Of a stretch of DNA of 55,350 nt, positions 41,294 through 49,034 are shown piece after piece. Under the pieces are notes generated by a model that was not told the DNA's origin, made no database searches, and saw only the letters and a list, made by a program, of their open reading frames with translations. Each line of letters opens with the position of its first letter. Position 1 is the stretch's first letter. The translations under genes were made by a program, and so were the position numbers. The stretch is from a virus: IMG/VR virus record IMGVR_UViG_3300025009_000017; one strand, 5' to 3'.

Positions 41294-41719
41294 TCACCCT
41301 GCCTTTCCGCCCAGACCTCTGTCGCCCATCTCCCTGGCCTGATCTCCTCTGGACATGAAAGCCTGGGCCTCGGCTCCCAGCAGTAGGGCGCAGTTGCCCT
41401 CCGGCATTCCGTAGAAGGCGGTGCTCTCGGACCACAGGGCGCACAGGCCCTTGATGCACGGCGTCATCCCGTCCGGCGGGGTGGACATGAGGGGGCAGAA
41501 GGGCTCCACCGGCTCGGGAGACTCAGGCTCGTTCTTCTGCTCCTCCACCGCGGTCTTCTCCAGAAGGTCTATGGCATCACCATGCCTATCGTAAGGTCTA
41601 CGGCAGGATGAGCAGATGTAACCGGCCGGCGTGTCGCCCTCGACTTCCACTGGGTTCATCTTGGTCACCCCGCAGGAGCATTTCTTCTGGTCGATAAAGT
41701 TGTAAGGTTTCTCGGGCAT
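41294..41719 (-). CDS. Cys-rich hypothetical protein (141 aa)
   Basis: Contains CSC...CSSC and further Cys residues. Confidence 0.65.
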   Translation of the reverse strand: MPEKPYNFIDQKKCSCGVTKMNPVEVEGDTPAGYICSSCRRPYDRHGDAIDLLEKTAVEEQKNEPESPEPVEPFCPLMSTPPDGMTPCIKGLCALWSESTAFYGMPEGNCALLLGAEAQAFMSRGDQAREMGDRGLGGKAG

Positions 41720-41730
41720 ATATCCTCCTT

Positions 41731-42528
41731 TTAGTTTTGGTTTCGATCTCTGCGGAGTCTCCGGACTGTGGCCTGGAGAGGCTGTGTCACCTCGGCCCCG
41801 GGTTCGAGTCTTTCTGGTGTGATCTCCACCCTGTCTCCGTCTCCTATTGGCATTTCAATCCTTCGGACACCATCGCTAACGTAAGCATCTCGTGGCGGTG
41901 TCCCCAGTGTTTCGCTGATGTGGAAGTCCTCCTCCTCTTTAAGTTTTTCCAGCAGGCATTCCAGACCCCACCGGGCGTCGATCTCGTGTTCCTGGAGTTT
42001 TGATGCGCTGTTCAGTTTCCACTCCGGCCGGGGCGATGGTTTAGACTTTGGCTTCTTTACATAGAATCCTTTTTTGGTTTTCTTTGGTGAAGCCACGACA
42101 ATCTCGGACTTCTTTTCGTAAAACCCCTGCTTCCTGGCGTATGCCTTGATGGTGCTCTGGTTCAGGGTCATGTAGGGGATCTTGTGAACCTCGCAGAAAA
42201 GAATCAGCAGGCCCTCCCAGGTACCGTACATCCGGTCGGCTTTGCTATGGCCGCAGAACGCCGCTTCCTCCCAGGCGAGAATGGTGCTCAAACTAAGCCT
42301 CCTCTGTATCCTTTCCATCGTGGTCGTGACGAACCTGAACTCCAGCTCGTTCCAGAATCCAATCACTCGTGGTCCTGGCTCGGTTGACGCAGAGAGTGCT
42401 CCGCTTGAAAACTCTTTTTCAGAGGGCCTATAGTTTCTTATGAGGCCAGTTCCGGCAAACGGATCTTGCCAGGTTGCCCAGCCCCACTTCGTCCCCGGGT
42501 CTATGAAGATGACCTTCTGATATTTCAT
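41731..42528 (-). CDS. RuvC-like Holliday-junction resolvase with a C-terminal extension carrying DGVRRIEMP (265 aa)
   Basis: VIFIDPGTKWGWA (first Asp motif), AWEEAAF and EHEIDARWG fit the RuvC-fold catalytic pattern. The shared motif is encoded at 41848-41874. Confidence 0.6.
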   Translation of the reverse strand: MKYQKVIFIDPGTKWGWATWQDPFAGTGLIRNYRPSEKEFSSGALSASTEPGPRVIGFWNELEFRFVTTTMERIQRRLSLSTILAWEEAAFCGHSKADRMYGTWEGLLILFCEVHKIPYMTLNQSTIKAYARKQGFYEKKSEIVVASPKKTKKGFYVKKPKSKPSPRPEWKLNSASKLQEHEIDARWGLECLLEKLKEEEDFHISETLGTPPRDAYVSDGVRRIEMPIGDGDRVEITPERLEPGAEVTQPLQATVRRLRRDRNQN

Positions 42529-42734
42529 GGCTTGGCTCCTTTCGGTTTCGGACCAAATGAAGTTGCCTTCTTGTAAAGCCTCTTTGCTTCCTTGGGCTTC
42601 ATCTCCGTAAGGGTGAAGAAATAGTTCTGATCGAACCGCTGGTTGTCGTAGTCGGTGACGACGCATCCGTTCTCAACCGGTGAATCTGTCGCCACGTCCA
42701 CCACCACACCACCGCGGACTGTGATGTGGATCAT
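42525..42734 (-). CDS. Hypothetical protein (69 aa)
   Basis: ATGA overlaps at both ends. Confidence 0.55.
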   Translation of the reverse strand: MIHITVRGGVVVDVATDSPVENGCVVTDYDNQRFDQNYFFTLTEMKPKEAKRLYKKATSFGPKPKGAKP

Positions 42735-43018
42735 GGCTTCACCTCCTGTTCCTGGAGAGCCTTGTGCCACTTCTCCCAGTTGGCCTTGTCGTTGGCGTAT
42801 TGGCGTTCAAACCTCGCCTTCTCTTTTCCATTCGATGTTCCGGTCCCGTTGCAGATGGAGCATCTCTGATCTACATATCCAGTCCCGTCGCAGTGCGGGC
42901 ACTCCACTTCCTCTTTGCCTTTGCCATCGCACGCCTCACACGGAAGTGATTCGTCCGGGAAGCTGGCCTTCCACTGCTCGTAGGTGAGGAACTTTGGAGT
43001 TGGTTTCTCCTCCGGCAT
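42731..43018 (-). CDS. DnaJ-type CxxCxGxG zinc-finger protein (95 aa)
   Basis: Contains CEACDGKG, CPHCDGTG and CSICNGTG. AAAGGAGAACT precedes the ATG. Confidence 0.6.
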   Translation of the reverse strand: MPEEKPTPKFLTYEQWKASFPDESLPCEACDGKGKEEVECPHCDGTGYVDQRCSICNGTGTSNGKEKARFERQYANDKANWEKWHKALQEQEVKP

Positions 43019-43032
43019 AGTTCTCCTTTATG

Positions 43033-43521
43033 TTAATTATTGTTAGCTCGTTCTTTACACGCTTTCACATAGATTTCATGTGCATCTTTTTCTGTTGCAA
43101 AATATCCGAGAAAGATTTTTTTGTCATTAATAGTAATTGATGCTTCATACTTTTCCCTGTGTTTATTGAAGCAACTTCCAACAAGTTTTCCCTTTTGATT
43201 AATACCATGAATAAAGCGATTTTGATTGTTTTTTCTATGGGTTACAATTCGTAAATTAGTTATATTATCATTGAGTCTGTTTAAATCTATATGATCTATT
43301 TCAAACCCATCTGGAATATCTTTTTTGTTGCATATTACCCAAACAAGCCGAGCATAACGATAGTTTCTCCCATTCCACCCAACTCTACAATAACCATCGC
43401 TGTGAGCTTTATGCTTAATAATCCTCCAGCCACTTCTCTTAAAATGTCTTTCCAATTTACCATTAGTATTAAGTCTAAACATCTTTTCTGCTTCTTTAAA
43501 ATCAATTGTTAAAGTATTCAT
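43033..43521 (-). CDS. HNH (HNH_3-type) homing-endonuclease-like protein (162 aa)
   Basis: FEIDHIDLNRLNDNITNLRIVTHRKN. The N-terminal FRLNTNGKLERHF parallels 50967..51296. The gene is markedly AT-rich. ATG follows AAAGGAGTTCC. Confidence 0.75.
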   Translation of the reverse strand: MNTLTIDFKEAEKMFRLNTNGKLERHFKRSGWRIIKHKAHSDGYCRVGWNGRNYRYARLVWVICNKKDIPDGFEIDHIDLNRLNDNITNLRIVTHRKNNQNRFIHGINQKGKLVGSCFNKHREKYEASITINDKKIFLGYFATEKDAHEIYVKACKERANNN

Positions 43522-43534
43522 GGAACTCCTTTCT

Positions 43535-44144
43535 TTTATTTTTGGGAAGCCTGTCATCATCAGCACGGAGTGGCGCTCCGTGTACCGGGGGGACGTGAGC
43601 CGGCGGCCTATCGCCGGTGAACAGATGCTTTCGGCATTCCAGGGAATACATCACTCAGTGTCTGGTAGTCAGGCAGTGCTTTTCCGCTCGTCAGCGTAAT
43701 CGTGCAAAGCCATGACATCCCGAGTTTTTGTGAAGTTCCCTCGAATTCTCCAGCTGCGTCCTGTGGACGAGGACCCGTCCTGGGTACTGCATTCACCACC
43801 TTACGTTCTGGAAAGGCTGTCCTTTGGAAACGGCCCAAACGGGCTCCGGCAGACTTATTGACTCGCAACGCCATCGTCGCTGCTGCCGTCCCTATGTGGC
43901 CTAAATGCTCCGAGCATGAACGCCCGGGCGATGTACCCGGATCTGTTGATTTCAACCGGAGCGGAACCCCGCATTTGGGGCAGACTCCCTCTCTTCGCAT
44001 ATTCAGCCTGCATTGTGTTCCTAAGTCACGTCCTATGGTCGCTGGTTAATGCTGTAAACTGTCACAGCGCACAGTGACCATTCTACCAGTTCGCCAGCAC
44101 CACAGGGTGCCGTGAACCAGTTCACCCGGTTTCGACTAAACTGT
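43535..44144 (-). ncRNA. Candidate large structured non-coding RNA or other non-coding element (about 600 nt), class unknown
   Basis: The only long stretch without a credible ORF. The two track ORFs here lack an SD and are Arg/Pro/Gly-rich. It is dense in hairpins, e.g. CACGGAG-CGCCA-CUCCGUG, CCGGCG-AUAGGC-CGCCGG, AUGC-CGAAA-GCAU and GUGAAC-UG-GUUCAC. GC content matches the genome backbone, unlike the adjacent HNH gene. Confidence 0.35.
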
Positions 44145-44348
44145 TTACTTTATCTTGGGCCAGATCCTTTCACCCGCCTGCATCATGTAGGTGGCCTCCG
44201 GTGGGACCGGCATATCGTAGGCTTTCCTGCACTTTGCCTTCTTCTTACAGCCTTCCACCACGCAGGGTTTCCCGTTAAATCCGCAGGTGCGTTTGACTGT
44301 CCCGCTGTTGTGGGTTATCAGGATCTCCCACCCGCAGTTCAGCGCCAT
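44145..44348 (-). CDS. Cys-rich small protein (67 aa)
   Basis: Lies within the minus-strand gene train. Confidence 0.55.
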   Translation of the reverse strand: MALNCGWEILITHNSGTVKRTCGFNGKPCVVEGCKKKAKCRKAYDMPVPPEATYMMQAGERIWPKIK

Positions 44349-44351
44349 GTC

Positions 44352-45107
44352 TCACCTCTCGATCTGGCGCACCGCCGTGGGTTTCTTTTCTTCTTCCTCG
44401 CCGGACTCCATCCAGGCGATCAGGTCCCGGCCGGTCTGCTCGGAGATGATCTCCACCTTCTTGTCGAACAGATCGATCCTGGTCTTGCTTGCCACCGCCT
44501 TGTGGGTGGTGTGGTCCACGTCGTAGACCAGGGTGAACTCGTACTCGATGCCTTCCCGCTGGATGGGGGCCAGGCCGACCTTCTTGATGTTCCACTTGCC
44601 GTCCGAGTCCTTTTCGTTCACCCAGTCCTGCTTGGACCGCAGCGTAACGATCATGTTCATCTTGCTGGCCAGGATGGTGTCCACCAGCTCGTTGTGCTTG
44701 GGGGTTACCTCCCGCCAGGCCCGGAAGCCGTTCTTCTGCTTCAGCTCTTCCATGCTGTGCATATCCAGGATGCCTCCGGCCCCGGACCAGGCATGGGAGA
44801 AGCTGTCGATGATCAGGTTGTCGTAGCCGGCAGCCTCGGCCTCCTTGATGGCCGCTATGTAGCGGTCGGCGCTGTAGGGCGCTCCCAGCGAGAAGCTGTC
44901 GAACTTGACCAGGTGTGAATACAGCGGCAGGGATCCGTGCTCGGTGTCGATGGCCGCTATGCTCCCGCCCAGCCCCTTGGCCAGCAGCAGCGATGAGTAG
45001 CTCTTGCCGGAACCTGATGGTCCGGCGATGCAGATGCGGAGCTTGCTCTTTCTCCGCACCGCCCTGGTGAACTGGATCGGTTCCGCCGCTTGTCCTATTG
45101 GGGTCAT
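44352..45107 (-). CDS. Sak4-like / AAA_24 family recombination ATPase (251 aa)
   Basis: Walker A AGPSGSGKS, IDTEHG, and LIIDSFSHAW (Walker B region), with a C-terminal pattern typical of phage RecA-like AAA_24 proteins. Confidence 0.65.
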   Translation of the reverse strand: MTPIGQAAEPIQFTRAVRRKSKLRICIAGPSGSGKSYSSLLLAKGLGGSIAAIDTEHGSLPLYSHLVKFDSFSLGAPYSADRYIAAIKEAEAAGYDNLIIDSFSHAWSGAGGILDMHSMEELKQKNGFRAWREVTPKHNELVDTILASKMNMIVTLRSKQDWVNEKDSDGKWNIKKVGLAPIQREGIEYEFTLVYDVDHTTHKAVASKTRIDLFDKKVEIISEQTGRDLIAWMESGEEEEKKPTAVRQIER

Positions 45108-45137
45108 GCTTTCCTCCTGTTTGAGTTTATGTTGTGG

Positions 45138-45440
45138 TTACTTCCAATCTTCGGGGCCCCCATCCCGCACTCGCACATCAAAGACTCCGCCCCAGAAAAT
45201 ATAATGCTTCTTCATCTCCATTTGCGGGAAAAGTCGATAAATAAATTGCCAGATATGCAGCTTGGCGTTTCTGTCTCCGCCGTTCGGCGCTCTCTGGAAC
45301 TCGTCACTCAGGCGGGTCAGTTCTTCCAAGTGTTTCTCGGGAACTTGATACTCCTTCAGGGGTGGTTTCTCCGGATCTTTCAGCCATTTCAGCATCTGTT
45401 CCTCCCACTGCCAGGGCCACTTCAGGTCCTTCAGTTTCAC
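45138..45440 (-). CDS. Hypothetical protein (100 aa)
   Basis: GTG start follows AGGAGGAGAACAAC. GTGA overlap with the nuclease stop. Confidence 0.55.
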   Translation of the reverse strand: MKLKDLKWPWQWEEQMLKWLKDPEKPPLKEYQVPEKHLEELTRLSDEFQRAPNGGDRNAKLHIWQFIYRLFPQMEMKKHYIFWGGVFDVRVRDGGPEDWK

Positions 45441-46252
45441 GTTGTTCTCCTCCTTCTGGTTGGCGTTTTTCTCACCTTCGGCGGTTCTGTGAAGTTCGGC
45501 CAGCACTGCCTGAAATAGTCACAGGTCAGCCGGCCTTCTTTTTTGCTCCACCAGGAGCAGGGGTATTTCACCGGGTCTGTGCATCCTTCGATGGCCTGCA
45601 TATCGGGGTTGCGGTCGGGTAAAGCCGGTATCAGACCGCCATACTTGTCCTGCAGTTCCACCACCTCTTGAGCCAGGATCTGTATCATCTGGGTGTTGTA
45701 ATGCACGTAGAACGGCGCGATGTCAAAGGCCCGGCCCTCACGCTGATAGTAGACCATTCCGGTGGGATCGTATCCGGTCCCGAACATCTGCTTCAGTCCG
45801 GCCATGGTCAGCATCACCTGGCATTTGTGGCCCTCCCGGGCCTCGGTCAGCCTGGCGTCCACGCTGATGTTCTTGCCGTCGATGATCAGGTCCGGCAGGA
45901 CGATGAAGTCGGTGCGGCCGGCAAACCGGATGTCTGGCCGGCCCGGGATCTTGTACTCGATGCCCTCGGGGAACGGCTGGTAGACTATGTTGGGAAACTT
46001 GAGCCTCAGCGATTCCAGCATGATGCCCTCAGCCATGTGCCCCCGCAGGAAAACCCGCTTTTGGTTGTCGGTAACGATACCATGTATTCCGTGAAACTTC
46101 AAGACCCGTTTCCTCCGGCAATAGCCGTCCATGCCGAGATAACCGCAGTCCGAGAACCTCCAGGTTCCCGAAACCCGGTTATCCTTCAGGTATCTTTCGT
46201 AGAGGGCGTCGAGGATCTGTTGGCGAAGCTCCGCCTCGCTGGGCAGGTTCAT
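45437..46252 (-). CDS. PD-(D/E)XK nuclease, Cas4/RecB-like with Cys cluster (271 aa)
   Basis: RTDFIV...IIDGK (D...DxK) and QVMLT, plus an N-terminal Cys and C-terminal CSWW...CDYFRQC. The track ORF is extended to 46558. Confidence 0.55.
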   Translation of the reverse strand: MNLPSEAELRQQILDALYERYLKDNRVSGTWRFSDCGYLGMDGYCRRKRVLKFHGIHGIVTDNQKRVFLRGHMAEGIMLESLRLKFPNIVYQPFPEGIEYKIPGRPDIRFAGRTDFIVLPDLIIDGKNISVDARLTEAREGHKCQVMLTMAGLKQMFGTGYDPTGMVYYQREGRAFDIAPFYVHYNTQMIQILAQEVVELQDKYGGLIPALPDRNPDMQAIEGCTDPVKYPCSWWSKKEGRLTCDYFRQCWPNFTEPPKVRKTPTRRRRTT

Positions 46253-46374
46253 AACGTCAGCCCGTCGATGGCCTTCAGCAGCTTGGTGTTGAACTCGTCG
46301 CTGAGCTTCCTCATCTTGTCGTGGTAGCGGCTCCGGCACATCTTGACCAGTGCCCTTGCGTCTTCCTTGTTCAT
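46249..46374 (-). CDS. Small hypothetical protein (41 aa, below the track cutoff)
   Basis: AAAGAAAGGACACC precedes the ATG. ATGA overlap with the nuclease start. Confidence 0.45.
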   Translation of the reverse strand: MNKEDARALVKMCRSRYHDKMRKLSDEFNTKLLKAIDGLTL

Positions 46375-46389
46375 GGTGTCCTTTCTTTA

Positions 46390-46728
46390 TTATGTTTCCC
46401 AAATTGATTGGATCTGGTTTACCACCCCGGGGTGGATGTTGAAGTAATTTCTCCCGCTGGTTCTGATCTTCTTCTCGGTCAGCCACCTCTCCATCGTGGC
46501 CGTGATGTTCGTGCTGGACTCCAGCTCCTCGATCATCATCCGGTGCTGGGCTTTCCATGAATAGTATTCCGGACTGAGGTTGTTGCTCAGGTCTTTCCAG
46601 TTGATCGAAAACGCCTTGCTGCCGACAGGCTGCACCAGTGGGTTATCCGGCAGGGCTTTGATCTTCTCAATCAGCTCCAGTCGGATCCTCTGTTCGCTTT
46701 CGGCCACAAACTCAAAAAGTTTCTTCAT
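46390..46728 (-). CDS. Hypothetical protein (112 aa)
   Basis: Lies within the minus-strand gene train. Confidence 0.65.
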   Translation of the reverse strand: MKKLFEFVAESEQRIRLELIEKIKALPDNPLVQPVGSKAFSINWKDLSNNLSPEYYSWKAQHRMMIEELESSTNITATMERWLTEKKIRTSGRNYFNIHPGVVNQIQSIWET

Positions 46729-46985
46729 CTTCGGTCCAGCTCCCCGTTCATCAGCGCTATGAATTGCCGGCCCTCCGGCGTCTGCTCAAAGAACTCGATG
46801 GCCCTGTCCTCGTTGAACAGGGTCTCGTCCATCAGCTCAATGACCCCACTTGGGATGTACGGACTCGATTCTTCGCACTGGCTTGTCTGAGCCTCCGGTT
46901 CCGTTCCGGTCCCGGAAGTGGTTTCCTCCGGAGAAGTCCTGGGCTCGGACGTGATATTTGGTTTTTCTGATGATGTCCCAGACAT
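46725..46985 (-). CDS. Hypothetical acidic protein. Start uncertain: 46985 gives a 149-nt overlap, the alternative is 46832.
   Basis: The ATG at 46985 has AAGGAGGATCCCGAAT upstream but lies inside the ATPase gene. The internal ATG at 46832 lies 2 nt after the ATPase stop. Confidence 0.4.
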   Translation of the reverse strand: MSGTSSEKPNITSEPRTSPEETTSGTGTEPEAQTSQCEESSPYIPSGVIELMDETLFNEDRAIEFFEQTPEGRQFIALMNGELDRR

Positions 46986-47715
46986 ATTCGGGATCCTCCT
47001 TCAGCACTTTCAGTTCGGTTTGGGTTTCCAGATGGCGGATGAGGGCCCGTGCCCGGGCATATCTCCGGATGATGCCCACCTTGCGCAGTGGCTTCTCATT
47101 CTCCTCCTTGGCCCAGCTCTTGCCGATGGCCAGGATGCTATCCTGAGCTTCCTGGCTGATGGGCACGTCGAAGTACTTCCCGCGTTCGATCTGGATCTCC
47201 TCTCCCGGTGCCGAGTACCCGGCCGCCATCTGCCTGGCTATGTCCTCTACCTCCGGGTCAAAGTCGATCAGCAGGCTCCTGGACAGGAACCCGGTGGACC
47301 TGAGCATACTCATGTTGGTTTTGAACTCTCCCGAGGTTACGGCCGCTATGATGCCGATGTGGGCTCCTCCGTTGCGGGTCTGGAAGTTGGTGTCGGCCCG
47401 CAGGATCCCCTTGACGCCTTCTTCCAAGGCTACGTTCAGGAACGAGGTCAGCCTCTTGGCCCTCCTGGTCAGCGCCGTGATGATGTCTGGGCAGACGATG
47501 TAGGAAAACTCGGGGTCCTTGTCGAACTTCTCCAGCACTGTCTCGATTCCGGCTGCCGTCATGTCCGAAAGGATCATGCAGTTGGACGCCCTGTTATTCA
47601 CCAGCAGATGGCTCTTGCCAACACCCGGGACTCCGATGAACAGCAGGGACGGCGGCTTCTCCTTCGCCATGGGAACGTAGTAGGACATCTTCAGCAGCTC
47701 TTTGTATTCTTTCAC
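46837..47715 (-). CDS. P-loop ATPase (292 aa) ending with a PVRRIES motif variant
   Basis: Walker A GVPGVGKS. The motif variant is encoded at 46861-46881 near the C-terminus. Confidence 0.65.
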   Translation of the reverse strand: MKEYKELLKMSYYVPMAKEKPPSLLFIGVPGVGKSHLLVNNRASNCMILSDMTAAGIETVLEKFDKDPEFSYIVCPDIITALTRRAKRLTSFLNVALEEGVKGILRADTNFQTRNGGAHIGIIAAVTSGEFKTNMSMLRSTGFLSRSLLIDFDPEVEDIARQMAAGYSAPGEEIQIERGKYFDVPISQEAQDSILAIGKSWAKEENEKPLRKVGIIRRYARARALIRHLETQTELKVLKEDPEYVWDIIRKTKYHVRAQDFSGGNHFRDRNGTGGSDKPVRRIESVHPKWGH

Positions 47716-47745
47716 GAATACCTCCCTTTTATGTTAATAGTTCCG

Positions 47746-48126
47746 TTAGAATGCGAGTTTCTCCTCCACCATGGTGAACCGGGGTGCGGGCTTGACCTTC
47801 TTGACCCGGTTCTTGTGGTAGAGCTGGGTGATCTCCCTTATGGCTGTTGGGTTCTCCTGGATCCTCTGGGTGGTCTGCTGCAGGTGCAGGTTGATGGCTT
47901 TGACCATCTCCATGTTTCCGTGGTGCAGCTCGAAGTCCGGCACGACATCGTAGGGTTTCTGCTGTGCCCGGGCCTTGGCAATGCTCCGGCCAGTGGCCTT
48001 GACGAAGTTCTGCTCCCTGGTAGAGCACATGGCCACTCCGATGTTCAGGTCTCCGTCCTCGGTTACCAAACCGCAGAGCGTGAACTGGTGCTTCTCTCCC
48101 CTCTGGTGAAAATAAGATTCCTTCAC
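47746..48126 (-). CDS. Hypothetical protein (126 aa)
   Basis: Lies within the minus-strand gene train. Confidence 0.65.
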   Translation of the reverse strand: MKESYFHQRGEKHQFTLCGLVTEDGDLNIGVAMCSTREQNFVKATGRSIAKARAQQKPYDVVPDFELHHGNMEMVKAINLHLQQTTQRIQENPTAIREITQLYHKNRVKKVKPAPRFTMVEEKLAF

Positions 48127-48416
48127 TGAGCCTCCTTTTTAGTGTTTATTTCTGCCGCTGTGAGGGCGGCTTTGAGTTTGAATATTATACAAGAATCATA
48201 ATGATTGCCAAAATTTACTGTTCCGCTGTCGCAGTATTTACAATGGGAATATTTATTTACGCAGTCTTTCTCAAGTTGTTGCAAGGCCAACTTTGTCGCC
48301 TCCCGCAACCCGGTGGGCTGGGGCGGTAAAAGATGTTTACATCGTGGTCCGGCACAAAATCCCTTTTCTGATATGCTTTTACATACCAGGTGATGTAGGC
48401 ATTCAAAGTCTGTCAT
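48123..48416 (-). CDS. Cys-rich hypothetical protein (97 aa)
   Basis: CCTAAGGAGGACGAA precedes the ATG. Confidence 0.6.
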   Translation of the reverse strand: MTDFECLHHLVCKSISEKGFCAGPRCKHLLPPQPTGLREATKLALQQLEKDCVNKYSHCKYCDSGTVNFGNHYDSCIIFKLKAALTAAEINTKKEAQ

Positions 48417-48451
48417 TTCGTCCTCCTTAGGCTTTCGCCCGGTTGTGGGGG

Positions 48452-48544
48452 TTAGTCACCATACGGGTGACTGTTACCAATCTTGCCCAAGACCAGGCAG
48501 TTGGTCGAGCGAGCGTCTATGTCAGTAAATTTCAAATGTTTCAT
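48452..48544 (-). CDS. Possible micro-ORF (30 aa)
   Basis: ATGA overlap with the upstream gene and AAGGAGGACAA upstream. It ends inside the hairpin AGTCACC-CGTAT-GGTGACT (48453-48471). Confidence 0.35.
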   Translation of the reverse strand: MKHLKFTDIDARSTNCLVLGKIGNSHPYGD

Positions 48545-48801
48545 TTGTCCTCCTTGTTGGGAATTATTTTTGTTATCGGTCTGCCCCTTTTGTCTTTGAT
48601 TGGAACGAGCCTGATTTCGCAAAGGAATAGGCGTTGCCCCCGCATATGTTCGTGGCAACCATCGTCACGGAATGCATCGTCAGGACATCTCTTATCGTAT
48701 GCACCGCTAATAAAATCAGTAACCATCCAGCCGATTGAGCCATCATTCCAAGTTCCGACATAGCCGTAACCTGTTCTTGGTTTGGGTGTTTTTAGTTTCA
48801 T
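48541..48801 (-). CDS. Hypothetical protein (86 aa)
   Basis: AAAGGAGGGGTA precedes the ATG. Confidence 0.6.
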   Translation of the reverse strand: MKLKTPKPRTGYGYVGTWNDGSIGWMVTDFISGAYDKRCPDDAFRDDGCHEHMRGQRLFLCEIRLVPIKDKRGRPITKIIPNKEDK

Positions 48802-49034
48802 TACCCCTCCTTTGCCGCTGTGGGCGGCTGGTTAGTGGGTATTGAATATTGTTTGGTTAAATGATATATTCCTTTTCTGTCCCGATACCCCTCGGCCACA
48901 TAGTCATAGAGTAGCCCATGGTCAACTCCGACACAATATGTTCTTCCTAAAATATAATGGCGAAACCAAATATATGGTCGCCTTATAACCCATATGGCTT
49001 TTCTCCGCCATAATTCTATTTTATACCCCATCAC
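48801..49034 (-). CDS. Hypothetical protein (77 aa)
   Basis: CAAGGAGGAGTG precedes the ATG. AT-richer body. Confidence 0.6.
   Translation of the reverse strand: MMGYKIELWRRKAIWVIRRPYIWFRHYILGRTYCVGVDHGLLYDYVAEGYRDRKGIYHLTKQYSIPTNQPPTAAKEG

Noticed and set aside
41800-41825. tRNA-like T-loop sequence GGGTTCGAGTC
   Set aside because: The flanking bases cannot form the T-stem or a cloverleaf, and the sequence lies inside the RuvC-like coding region.
43608-44000. 130-aa minus-strand ORF (contains CPKCG) and the 115-aa plus-strand ORF 43702..44049 in the large gap
   Set aside because: No SD precedes either start. Composition is Arg/Pro/Gly-rich and looks random. There is only a single CxxC and no second Cys pair. 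The region is treated as non-coding pending a search.
43033-44348. Group I intron plus homing endonuclease splitting a host gene (flanking ORFs 44145..44348 and 42731..43018 as exons)
   Set aside because: The upstream ORF ends with its own stop, and the downstream ORF has its own strong SD (AAAGGAGAACT) and ATG. I could not identify P7/P3 or P/Q/R/S core elements or a group II domain V by eye. Only 14 nt separate the HNH stop from the next gene, leaving no room for 3-prime intron domains.
46918-48129. Long plus-strand ORFs: this 403-aa one, plus 4005..4817, 13071..13883, 44112..44918, 31551..32180, 26692..27474, 28847..29461, 29289..29891 and others
   Set aside because: They are antisense to well-supported minus-strand genes. 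They are rich in Gly/Arg/Leu/Pro/His as expected for the reverse frame of GC-rich coding DNA, and lack SD sequences and recognisable motifs.
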